64,000 nucleotides of DNA from contig DASPTH010000322.1 of assembly GCA_035623515.1 (NCBI GenBank), forward strand, positions 1,526-65,525. Reading direction: 5' to 3'. The DNA comes from Acidimicrobiia bacterium. GTDB taxonomy: Bacteria > Actinomycetota > Acidimicrobiia > IMCC26256 > DASPTH01. Numbering within the stretch: position 1 is the stretch's first letter; each line of letters opens with the position of its first letter. The notes under the pieces were generated by a model. That model was not told where the DNA came from, searched no databases, and saw only the letters and a program-made list of their open reading frames with translations. A program made the translations under genes and the position numbers. Of the stretch, positions 1-8,045 are shown one piece after another.

Positions 1-753
1 GTCGCGCCGCTGCCGGGCGCGACCCGCATCCGCCGCGTCGACGAAGACGATGTCGGCATGCGTCGCCGCGATCACGAGCGCAACATCTCGCGTCGCGTCG
101 ACCGCGACGATCGGATGGCCCTGCGGCGGCCGCGGAGTGATCGAGGGTCCGCGGACGTTGAAGAAGCGGCTCTCGAAGTCGACGTAGTGGATCTTGTCGC
201 GGTCGATGTAGCGCCCCGTGACGATGTCGCGCACGACGGCGTCGTCCTCCCAACTGTCCCAGAGCCGGACGATCACATCGACCGCCGCTTCCGCCTCCTC
301 GTAGAGCTCAGGATCGGGAACCGCGGCTTTGCGGCCGAAGTGGCATGCCTCGCTCGGGTCGCTCGAAACGCCGACCTTCCACCCCGCGCGCCCGTGGCTC
401 ACGTAGTCGAGCGTGGCAATGTTTTTCGAGACGTGGAACGGCTCGGTGTGCGTGACCGTCACCTCGGGCACTAGCCCGATCGCACGCGTTGTCGGCGCGA
501 CGCGCGCGAGGGTGAGCAAGGCGTCGAGACGACCACGCACGTCTCCTCGGGCTGCAGGCTGCAGGCCGAACGAGTCGCCGATCGTGACGAAGTCGAGCCG
601 ACCCCGCTCGGCCCGTTGAACGAGATCGACGAAGTAGTCGGCGGCGAACAGCTCGGCCGGGCGCACGTTCGGCTCGCGCCATGCCGCCGGGTGATGCCCG
701 GCGCCGTCGAGGTCGACGCCGAGGTGCAGGTGGGCGGCCGGCGCGGAGGGCAT
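1..753 (-). CDS. LLM-class flavin-dependent monooxygenase (NtaA/SnaA/DszA-like), N-terminal 251 aa; C-terminus lies outside the window
   Basis: Absent from the ORF track because it runs off the window edge. My reverse-complement translation from the ATG (comp. 751-753) is open to position 1: MPSAPAAHLHLGVDLDGAGHHPAAWREPNVRPAELFAADYFVDLVQRAERGRLDFVTIGDSF...HVSKNIATLDYVSHGRAGWKVGVS...RLWDSWEDDAV. This is a typical luciferase-like monooxygenase N-terminus. It starts 9 nt after the TauD stop. Confidence 0.8.
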   Translation of the reverse strand, partial: MPSAPAAHLHLGVDLDGAGHHPAAWREPNVRPAELFAADYFVDLVQRAERGRLDFVTIGDSFGLQPAARGDVRGRLDALLTLARVAPTTRAIGLVPEVTVTHTEPFHVSKNIATLDYVSHGRAGWKVGVSSDPSEACHFGRKAAVPDPELYEEAEAAVDVIVRLWDSWEDDAVVRDIVTGRYIDRDKIHYVDFESRFFNVRGPSITPRPPQGHPIVAVDATRDVALVIAATHADIVFVDAADAGRARQRRD

Positions 754-762
754 GCTCAGCTG

Positions 763-1707
763 TCAGCTCGGCACCTGCGCGCCGAACAGCTCCCCGTCGA
801 TCGTCTGCGACTGGAACCCGTCGGGACCCACCGTCAGGTCGCCCACGACCGTGACCCGCTCCACCCGGCGGTCGTAGTCGCCGTCGGTGACGTCGACGGG
901 CCCGACGTGCGCCGTCGCCCGGTTGTCCCAGAACGCGATGCTGTCCGGTTCCCAGCGGAAGCGCACCGTGAACTGCGGCCGGGAGATCTGCCCGAAGAGG
1001 AGCTCGAGGAGGGCGGCGCTCTCTCGATCGCTCAGGCCGACGATGTACCGCGTGAACACCGGGTTGACGAACAGTGCCTTCTCACCCGACACCGGGTGTA
1101 CCCGCACAACGGGGTGCACCGCCGCCGGCGGTGGCGCGCCGGCATCGTGGCCCGGCCGCGTGCGGCCCTCGTAGCCGTGCCACCGGTGCACGGCCTGGAG
1201 ACCGTCGAGGAGCCCCCTGATCGGCGCCGAGAGGTCTTGGTACGCCGCCACGAGGTTGGTCCACATCGTGTCGCCGCCGTAGAGCGGGATCACCACGCCG
1301 CGGAGGATCGACGCGGTCGGCGGGTTGGCGACGAACGTGACGTCGGTGTGCCACCCAGTGAGGGTCCGGCGCGGCTCGGCGAACGGAGCGCGGTCCACCG
1401 CATATCGGAAGACCTGCTGGTGCTCGCGTGCGTCGATGGCGAGCAACTCGGGCTTCTCGTCGACCGATGCCCCGATCGGGTGCGCCGGCGTGAGGTCCCC
1501 AAAGGCGCGACCGAAGGCGACCTGCTGATCCTGCGTGATGTGCTGGTCCCGGAAGAACAGCACCTTCCAGCGCACCAGCGCGTCGCTGATCTGGGCGACC
1601 GCCGCCTCGTCGAGCGGCTGCCGGAGGTCGATACCCGTCACCTCGGCGCCGATGACGTTCGTCAGGGGCCGAACGTCGAGGCCCTGTGCCACCGTGATCG
1701 TCGTCAT
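763..1707 (-). CDS. TauD/TfdA-family Fe(II)/2-oxoglutarate-dependent dioxygenase
   Basis: ORF 763..1752. Motifs WHTDVTF (His-x-Asp) and FWDNRATAH. I prefer the start at MTTITV (1707), which is preceded by AAGGAG (rc of ctcctt at about 1714-1719). Confidence 0.85.
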   Translation of the reverse strand: MTTITVAQGLDVRPLTNVIGAEVTGIDLRQPLDEAAVAQISDALVRWKVLFFRDQHITQDQQVAFGRAFGDLTPAHPIGASVDEKPELLAIDAREHQQVFRYAVDRAPFAEPRRTLTGWHTDVTFVANPPTASILRGVVIPLYGGDTMWTNLVAAYQDLSAPIRGLLDGLQAVHRWHGYEGRTRPGHDAGAPPPAAVHPVVRVHPVSGEKALFVNPVFTRYIVGLSDRESAALLELLFGQISRPQFTVRFRWEPDSIAFWDNRATAHVGPVDVTDGDYDRRVERVTVVGDLTVGPDGFQSQTIDGELFGAQVPS

Positions 1708-1726
1708 GGGTGCTCCTTTCCAAAAG

Positions 1727-1739
1727 TCGATATTATCGA
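1727..1739. promoter_or_regulatory. Perfect inverted repeat TCGATA-t-TATCGA in an AT-rich spacer just upstream of the TauD start
   Basis: Read directly: aagTCGATATTATCGAtcga. It lies in an unusually AT-rich stretch (1720-1760) between the FMN reductase stop and the TauD start. Confidence 0.3.
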
Positions 1740-1799
1740 TCGAACTAGTCATATTTTAGCGAGTCGCCGACGCCCCGGCCAGGGCGTCCGAGATCGCGC

Positions 1800-2312
1800 T
1801 CAGCGCGCGAGCGCGCGCTCGAACAAGGGGCGTGCCCGCGCGAACCACGCGTCGATCGCGTCGCCGGGCGCGTCGAGCTGTTCACCCCAGACGTAGAGCC
1901 CCCGCGCCGGGCAGCTCGCGCCGATCTCCGTGAGCACCGGGACGAGGTGCACGTCCACCGCGAGGGAGTGCGACAGGCTGCCACCCGTCATCACGGGGAC
2001 GGTCGGCGTCCCACCCAACTCGCCGGCGTCGAACTGGTCGAGGAACAGTTTCAGCAGACCGGTGTACGCGGCCTTGTACGTGGGAGAGGCGACGACGACC
2101 GCGTGCGCCGCGAGCACGCTCCTCCTCAACGCGGCGACGTCGTCATGTCCCCGCTGCAGGAGTTTCGGCGCGTGGTCGACGAGGTCGATCACGAGTGGCT
2201 CGTCGACCGCGATCAACTCGCCCACGCGGCCCGCGACGAGTGCCGCGACATCGCATGTCCGCGAGCGCGGGTTCGGGTTCCCGACCACCGCGACGACTCG
2301 GGCGTCCGCCAT
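1800..2312 (-). CDS. NAD(P)H-dependent FMN reductase (SsuE/MsuE-like)
   Basis: ORF 1800..2354. Sequence VVAVVGNPNPRSRT...VVVASPTYKAAYTGLLKLFLD is typical of the family. The start at MADARVV (2312) is preceded by AAGGAG. Confidence 0.8.
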   Translation of the reverse strand: MADARVVAVVGNPNPRSRTCDVAALVAGRVGELIAVDEPLVIDLVDHAPKLLQRGHDDVAALRRSVLAAHAVVVASPTYKAAYTGLLKLFLDQFDAGELGGTPTVPVMTGGSLSHSLAVDVHLVPVLTEIGASCPARGLYVWGEQLDAPGDAIDAWFARARPLFERALAR

Positions 2313-2395
2313 CTTCCCCGTCGTCTCCTTAATTGCAATAAAACTGATCGACAAGCTAATCTTTTATCAGATTACCGTCGATGGGGGAGGTTCCC
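2313..2395. promoter_or_regulatory. AT-rich divergent promoter region between the FMN reductase and carbonic anhydrase genes
   Basis: aattgcaataaaactgatcgacaagctaatcttttatcagattaccgtcgat is strikingly AT-rich for this genome. It contains CTGAT...ATCAG inverted pentamers. Confidence 0.35.
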
Positions 2396-2887
2396 ATGAG
2401 CACGACCGACGAACTGCTCGCCAGCAACGAGACGTACGCCGCCGAGTTCTCGAAGGGCCACCTGCCGATCCCGCCCGCCAAGCGGGTCGCCGTCGTCGCG
2501 TGCATGGACGCCCGGCTCGACCCCGCGCGTGTGCTCGGCCTCGAGGAGGGCGACGCCCACGTCATCCGTAACGCCGGCGGCGTCGTCACCGACGACGTGA
2601 TCCGTTCGCTCGCCATCTCCCAACGCCTGCTCGGCACCGAGGAAGTCATCCTCATCCACCACTCCGACTGCGGGATGCTCACGTTCCGCGACGACGACGT
2701 GAAGGCACAGATCACCGCGGACACCGGAATCCGGCCGCCGTTCGCGCTCGAGGCGTTCTCGGACCTCGACGAGGATGTCAGGCAGTCGGCGGCGCGCATC
2801 CATGCGAGCCCGTTCCTGCCGAAGAAGGACCACGTGCGCGGCTTCGTCTACGAAGTCGAGACGGGCAAGCTGCGCGAGGTCTCGTAG
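2396..2887 (+). CDS. Beta-class carbonic anhydrase
   Basis: ORF 2381..2887. Zinc-ligand motifs VVACMDARLD (Cys-x-Asp-x-Arg) and IHHSDCGM (His-x-x-Cys). The start at 2396 is preceded by GGGGGAGG. Confidence 0.85.
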   Translation: MSTTDELLASNETYAAEFSKGHLPIPPAKRVAVVACMDARLDPARVLGLEEGDAHVIRNAGGVVTDDVIRSLAISQRLLGTEEVILIHHSDCGMLTFRDDDVKAQITADTGIRPPFALEAFSDLDEDVRQSAARIHASPFLPKKDHVRGFVYEVETGKLREVS

Positions 2888-4569
2888 TGGCGCAGGGCGG
2901 CGCGCCCAGACGGCCCCGCACGGGCGTGTACGTCGGTCTGATCGTCGCCGGTGCCGGCCTCGTTGCAGCGCCCTTCGTCTTCTCGATGTTCGATCGGGCG
3001 CCGGCAGGTGGGCAGATGATCGACGCCTTTCGGCCGTTCATGACCCGAGCCCAGGTCGACAAGTTCCGAGGCTTCCTCGCCGAGATCGGCGCCGCCGACG
3101 ATCAACAGCGCGCCGTCGTGGATCCTGCGGCGGTCGCGCGGCTGGGAACGACGGCGGCCGAGTACGCGCAGCGGGCGAGCTATCTGCGGACGTTCGAACA
3201 GCAGTGGCACGGTATCGACGCCGACATGAGCGACATGCTCGATCGCATGCAGCGCAACCTCGGCAACTACCAGGGCGTCGACGCGCTCCCGCCCTTTCCT
3301 GCGTTTCCGTGGTTCTTCGTGGTGCCCGGTGTCTTGGTAGTTGGACTCGCTGCCGCAGCGCTGGTGAGAGGGCGACGCGGTCGCAGCACGCGTGGTGCGG
3401 CGATCGCGATCGTCGTCCTCGGCCTCGGTCTGATCGCCGCTCCCGCGGTCTTCCAGATGTTCACCCGCGCACCGAACGGCGGGGAGATGATCGACGACTT
3501 CCGTCCTCTGATGACGCGCGCCAAGCTCACGACGATCCAGGGTTACTTCATCACGATCGGGAACGGTGAGGCGCAGATGCGGACGGTGGCGCTCCCTGCC
3601 GCCGCGCTGCCTCCGGGTGCCGCGCCCGACGTGAATCGCTTCGTGGCCGACTGGCCGCGCATCAACCGCGAGATGTCACCGTTGGTCGGCGTCATGGCCG
3701 ACAATCTCGACAACTTCGCCGCGGTCGATGCTCTGCCGCCGTTCGCGCTGTTCCCGTGGTTCTTCGTGATCCCCGGCGCGTTGATCGCAGGTCTCGGCTT
3801 GCTCGCCATGCGTGAACCTCGTCGTCCGGCGATCACGCACCGACACATGGGAGGCTCAGTGAGCAATGCAACCAAACCGACGGTCGCCGCGGGCGCGCTC
3901 GTGGTGATCGCCCTGACGGCAATGCTCGCCGGGCCGGCGGCTGCCAAGTCGAGCAAGAGCACGGCGCTCGTGGGCACCTTCGAGGTCACCGCCGCCGAGT
4001 GCGCGGCTGGTGCCCCCACCAACGGTTCGTACTTCCGCATGGTGCAGAGCGGCGGCGACACGACGAACGGACCGTTCGTGCCGAACGCCGACTCGTCGTG
4101 CTCCGACAAGACCTACACCGCGCTGGTGCCCGGAACCGCGGGCGGACTCGTGACCGGGAAGTACCAGCCGCAGCCGAACCCGCCCTTCGACACCTCGGGC
4201 AACGGAACGGCGGCGGCGATCCTCGCGCCCACGAAGTTCTTCGGCGTGCAGTTCGCGGTGTCGACGAACAAGACCGATCCGCAGACCGGTGACGCCGCCA
4301 AGGTCCCGAGCCTGACGGTGAGCTACAAGGGCGCGCTGAGCGGGAACCTGAGCGCGTTCGGAGTCGCATACGGCAAGCAACAGTTCAACCAGGGAGCGCC
4401 CAAGCCCAACGGCACGAAGCCCACGGGCACGCAGGGACCGACGGGGACCTATTCTGGGAAGACTGGCTCGTTCTCGCTCGAGTGGACCAGCGCGATCGTG
4501 GGCGGCCCCTTCGACGGCTTCACCGGTGTGTGGCACCTCGAGGGGACGTTCAAGAAGGCGAAGTCGTGA
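2887..4569 (+). CDS. Polytopic membrane protein of unknown function: a duplicated TM-helical-TM module plus a C-terminal Gly/Thr/Pro-rich extracytoplasmic domain
   Basis: 560-aa ORF. The GTG start overlaps the carbonic anhydrase stop (TAGTG). It has five hydrophobic segments and two about 140-aa repeats (see findings). I recognise no family. Confidence 0.6.
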   Translation: MAQGGAPRRPRTGVYVGLIVAGAGLVAAPFVFSMFDRAPAGGQMIDAFRPFMTRAQVDKFRGFLAEIGAADDQQRAVVDPAAVARLGTTAAEYAQRASYLRTFEQQWHGIDADMSDMLDRMQRNLGNYQGVDALPPFPAFPWFFVVPGVLVVGLAAAALVRGRRGRSTRGAAIAIVVLGLGLIAAPAVFQMFTRAPNGGEMIDDFRPLMTRAKLTTIQGYFITIGNGEAQMRTVALPAAALPPGAAPDVNRFVADWPRINREMSPLVGVMADNLDNFAAVDALPPFALFPWFFVIPGALIAGLGLLAMREPRRPAITHRHMGGSVSNATKPTVAAGALVVIALTAMLAGPAAAKSSKSTALVGTFEVTAAECAAGAPTNGSYFRMVQSGGDTTNGPFVPNADSSCSDKTYTALVPGTAGGLVTGKYQPQPNPPFDTSGNGTAAAILAPTKFFGVQFAVSTNKTDPQTGDAAKVPSLTVSYKGALSGNLSAFGVAYGKQQFNQGAPKPNGTKPTGTQGPTGTYSGKTGSFSLEWTSAIVGGPFDGFTGVWHLEGTFKKAKS

Positions 4570-5087
4570 CGGCCACGGAACACGGCACCGCGGTGCATCG
4601 TCTGTTCGGCTTCCCGAACCCCGTGAACGAGGTCTCGGCTCGACTCGTGGCCGCAGGAGTCGTGGTGATGTGCGTGGCGACCATCGCCTTCGACCAGGCC
4701 TGGATCCTCGCGATCCTGGCGTACGGGTTCGTCGCGCGCGTGCTCACCGGACCCACGCTCAGCCCGCTCGGCCAGCTCGTCACACGCGTGATCACTCCGC
4801 GCCTCCCGTTCGCGCCGAAGTACGTGCCAGGGCCGCCGAAGCGATTCGCACAGGGCATCGGCGCCACGCTGTCGGTCACCGCGGCGATCCTCTCCTTCGG
4901 GTTCGGCGCGACGACCGGTGCGTACGTGCTGGTCGGGATGATCGTGATCGCGGCGACACTCGAATCCGCGTTCGCGTACTGTCTGGGCTGCAAGATGTTC
5001 GCCGTCCTCATGCACGTCGGGCTGATCCCGGAGTCGGTCTGTGCGGAGTGCGCCGACATCTGGGCGAAGCCCAGACCCGCGCGCTGA
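4566..5087 (+). CDS. DUF4395-like membrane protein
   Basis: ORF 4482..5087. I prefer the GTG at 4566, which overlaps the upstream stop (GTGA). It has several TM segments and a C-terminal CLGCKMF...CAECADIW (CxxC...CxxC), as I recall for DUF4395. Confidence 0.65.
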   Translation: MTATEHGTAVHRLFGFPNPVNEVSARLVAAGVVVMCVATIAFDQAWILAILAYGFVARVLTGPTLSPLGQLVTRVITPRLPFAPKYVPGPPKRFAQGIGATLSVTAAILSFGFGATTGAYVLVGMIVIAATLESAFAYCLGCKMFAVLMHVGLIPESVCAECADIWAKPRPAR

Positions 5088-5444
5088 CGAACGGTCTCTT
5101 GGTCCGCCGTGTCGACCTCCGCGTGTCGAGCATCCGCGGTCTTGCCTCAGAGTCTGCGGGGCGGGGTCGGTAACGCCGAGCGGCAACGACGACGAAGTTG
5201 GGATCAGCTGAGGATCTCGTGCTCGTCGCGCTCGATCTGGTCGGGCTCGCGTTGCGGCTCCACGACCTCGACGCGGTCGCAGCCGAGTCGACTCGTTTCG
5301 TCGAATGCTCCGCGCTCGCTCTGGATCGTAGCTCGATTCGGCTCGCTCACCTCACTCCACGATGGTCCCACACTCGTCCGACGAGTTCCGACCCGTGCCG
5401 ATCGCCATCGACGCTTGATCGCCGTCTCGTCCTAGAGTCCGCTC

Positions 5445-6500
5445 GTGAGCGACGTCCGTCCGATCGAGTTCGGGACCACGGGCTTCTATCCGGCGTTCAG
5501 TGGTGCTGCGAACGCGGTGACGTCGGAGGCAATGGGTTTCGACATTCAGAGTTTCAGCGAGAACCACTCCATGGTGGCGGACTGCTTCGGCGAGATGCGC
5601 GACGCGGCGCGCGAGACGACGAAGATCCTGCTCGCGGCCGGTCCGGTCAACTTCGTCACCCGGGACCCCGGGGTGATCGCGGCGGCGGTCCTGCCCATCC
5701 AGATCCTGAGCGGCGGCAGAGCGGTGTGCGGAGTCGCGAGCGGCGATTCCGCGGTCGCGGCGGCCGGGCGCGCACCCCAGCGCCACGACGCGCTGGACCG
5801 CGACGTCCGGCGGTTGCGCACCTATCTGCACGGCGGCGACGTCGCCGTCGGCGGACGAACGAGCCGCGTCGAATGGGCGGACGACCTCTCGTACGAACCG
5901 GTCCCGATTCAGATGGTCTGCAGTGGACCGAAGGCGATCGCCCTGGCCGCGCGCGTGTCGGATCGGATCTGTCTCGGCGTGGGCACCAACCCGGAGCGCG
6001 TCGCGTGGGCCCTCCGGATCATCGAGGAGGCCTTGCACGAGAGCGGCCGCGACCGCGACGACGTGCGCCTCGGGCTCTTCGCACCGCTCGCCGTCACCGA
6101 CAACCGGGTCACCGGGCGCGCCGCGATCCGAACACGGGTGGCTGCGTGGGCGCACATGTCGAGCGGGCCGGGCATCGACCTTGCTCAGCAGCCCGAGATA
6201 CTCCGGCGCGTGACATCCGTGCTACGTGCCACCTATGACTACCGCTATCACCGGCCGGGCGTCCCGCCCGACAACCCCAACTCGGCGGCGTGCGACGAGG
6301 ACTTCGGTGACTGGATGGGCATCGGTGGCCCTACGTCCTACATCACCGATCGACTCGCTCGGCTCGTGGAGATGGGCGTCGACTTCTTCATGACAGCGCT
6401 TCCCATGACGGAACGGGAACTGTTCGCGGCAGAAGTGATGCCGGCGGTACGGGCGCTGCGCTTCGACGCAAGGAACCCGGCGCCGCTCTCGAGCTCGTGA
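5445..6500 (+). CDS. LLM-class (F420/FMN-dependent) oxidoreductase
   Basis: 351-aa ORF with TIM-barrel LLM-like sequence (GFDIQSFSENH..., ICLGVGTNPERVAWALR, GGPTSYITDRLARLVEMGVDFF). Confidence 0.7.
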   Translation: MSDVRPIEFGTTGFYPAFSGAANAVTSEAMGFDIQSFSENHSMVADCFGEMRDAARETTKILLAAGPVNFVTRDPGVIAAAVLPIQILSGGRAVCGVASGDSAVAAAGRAPQRHDALDRDVRRLRTYLHGGDVAVGGRTSRVEWADDLSYEPVPIQMVCSGPKAIALAARVSDRICLGVGTNPERVAWALRIIEEALHESGRDRDDVRLGLFAPLAVTDNRVTGRAAIRTRVAAWAHMSSGPGIDLAQQPEILRRVTSVLRATYDYRYHRPGVPPDNPNSAACDEDFGDWMGIGGPTSYITDRLARLVEMGVDFFMTALPMTERELFAAEVMPAVRALRFDARNPAPLSSS

Positions 6501-6615
6501 CCTTCTCGAGACACGGAGAGGACCGATCGCTACGAACTCATCGGCGGTACGGCTTCATGTCGATGCCGGGGTAACGGGCCGCGACGCCGACGACCGCTAC
6601 GGCGTGCAGCTGAGA

Positions 6616-7455
6616 TCAGCCGCTCGTCTCGGTAGCGACGCCGAGTCGCGTCGCAGCGATCACGACCGTCGCATATGGCATCGTGAAGCTACCGCCCATG
6701 ACGTCGATCGTCTCGCCGACGCCGGCCAAGAGTTCGGCCAGCTCGTCGGGTGAGAACTGCCCGACGTCACCGAACGTCGGCACTTGATCGAGCCACTCGT
6801 CCCGCGTGTAGGTCCGCTGCCAATCGAACTGCCAATGCTGCGGGGCGCTGAACGCGCCGGCCGCCCGCATGCCGTCGCCCGCCCGGGCGAACACCCCCGC
6901 GTACGCGTCGAGCGGAGGGATTGCCCACGGATCCAGCGCCAAGTCCGGCATGACCCGGCGATACACGCGCGAGAACGCTCCCGCGACCTCGGGCGAGGGC
7001 CGGAACACGTTCCAGAACACCGCCAACACGCCACTCGAACGCAGCACCTCGGCCGCCTTGGCGGTCCCGGTCACTGGCTCGATCCAGTGCCAGGTCTGTC
7101 CGGAGACGATGGCATCGAATACCCGGCCGACAGGATCCCAACTCTCGAACGCCGCCACCTCGACCTCGAGTCCTGTGTGCCGGGCCCACTCCGCCATCCG
7201 CGCGTCGACCTCGACACCCACGACGCTGCAGCCGGCCGCTTGGAACTGCCGCGCGGCGATACCGGTTCCGCAGCCGACATCGACCACCTGCCTTCCCGGC
7301 ATCGCGGCAACCACGCGCTCGACCATCGCGGCGGGATAGCGCGGTCGGGCACGGTCGTACCGTGCGGCATCCGCGCCGAACGACTCGGCCAGCTCGCGCG
7401 CACGATGCGGCTCTCTTTCTGAACCGCGCGCTCGCTCGTGCGGTGGCGTCGACAT
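6616..7455 (-). CDS. Class I SAM-dependent methyltransferase
   Basis: Motif I VVDVGCGTGIAARQF. The N-terminal ARYDRARPRYP box is shared with the paralogue at 32437-33231. Confidence 0.8.
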   Translation of the reverse strand: MSTPPHERARGSEREPHRARELAESFGADAARYDRARPRYPAAMVERVVAAMPGRQVVDVGCGTGIAARQFQAAGCSVVGVEVDARMAEWARHTGLEVEVAAFESWDPVGRVFDAIVSGQTWHWIEPVTGTAKAAEVLRSSGVLAVFWNVFRPSPEVAGAFSRVYRRVMPDLALDPWAIPPLDAYAGVFARAGDGMRAAGAFSAPQHWQFDWQRTYTRDEWLDQVPTFGDVGQFSPDELAELLAGVGETIDVMGGSFTMPYATVVIAATRLGVATETSG

Positions 7456-7652
7456 GCGACCACCCTAACGAGGCGCTGGCTCAGCCCGGGGCAGGCGCGC
7501 TGTCGGCGACGTCGCGAGCGACGTCACGGACGGACCATCGCGCTTGCTCGTGTCGATGCCGGTCAGGAAGCGAGCCGCTGCGTCACCATGTGAACGCGAC
7601 CGCGTGATTCGGTGCCGGTTCCGCGCCTGGCGTTCTGGCGATACTTCTGGCG

Positions 7653-7951
7653 ATGACGAGCGGGCGGGTCGTCATCACCGAGCACGGGCCCGCAGCAGTC
7701 ATGCTCAGCGTCGAGGACCTGCAGTCGCTCGAAGAGGGCTCGAGATTTCGAGCGACCCGGCGTTGATGCGATCCATCCGGCGGGCCGAGCGCGAGGCCGC
7801 GAGCGGCAAGGCGAGACGCGGCCAGCCGTTCGCGATCGCTTGGTCACCGAGTGCCCTGCGCGATCTGGCCGGGCTTGCCGAGAAGGTGGCGGCGGCGGTC
7901 GAGTTCGTCTACGGCGGGCAGCCGCTCCAGCTCGGCTCGAGCTGCCCGTGA
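7653..7951 (+). pseudogene. Decayed type II toxin-antitoxin locus (Phd/YefM-like antitoxin frameshifted and read into a RelE/ParE-like toxin N-terminus)
   Basis: Frame A (7653-7766) reads MTSGRVVITEHGPAAVMLSVEDLQSLEEGSRFRATRR*. The expected continuation GLEISSDPALMRSIRRAEREAASGK is in another frame (ORF 7544..7951). That frame runs without a stop into PFAIAWSPSALRDLAGLAEKVAAAVEFVYG (toxin N-terminus) and then terminates early. Confidence 0.55.
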
Positions 7952-8045
7952 CTTGAAAGCCGCGATCGAACGACCGCTCCCCATACGTGTACCAACCCGC
8001 TGAGGGCTTCGTCACGCACCTCAGCTCGTTTCGACGGGTGTCAGA

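Noticed and set aside
2887-4569. Splitting the 560-aa ORF into two separate genes at about 3847.
   Set aside because: There is no stop codon between the duplicated membrane part and the signal-peptide-led domain. It is kept as one CDS, with the internal start noted as a hypothesis.
6501-6615. Searched the larger intergenic gaps (5088-5444, 6501-6615, 7456-7652, 12985-13173 and 47404-47555) for tRNA, riboswitch or small RNA features.
   Set aside because: No cloverleaf-compatible arms or recognisable riboswitch cores were seen by eye. There are only short palindromes (e.g. GACGTCGC-GA-GCGACGTC at about 7509-7526 and AGTTCGAACT at about 13035-13044), which are too weak to call.
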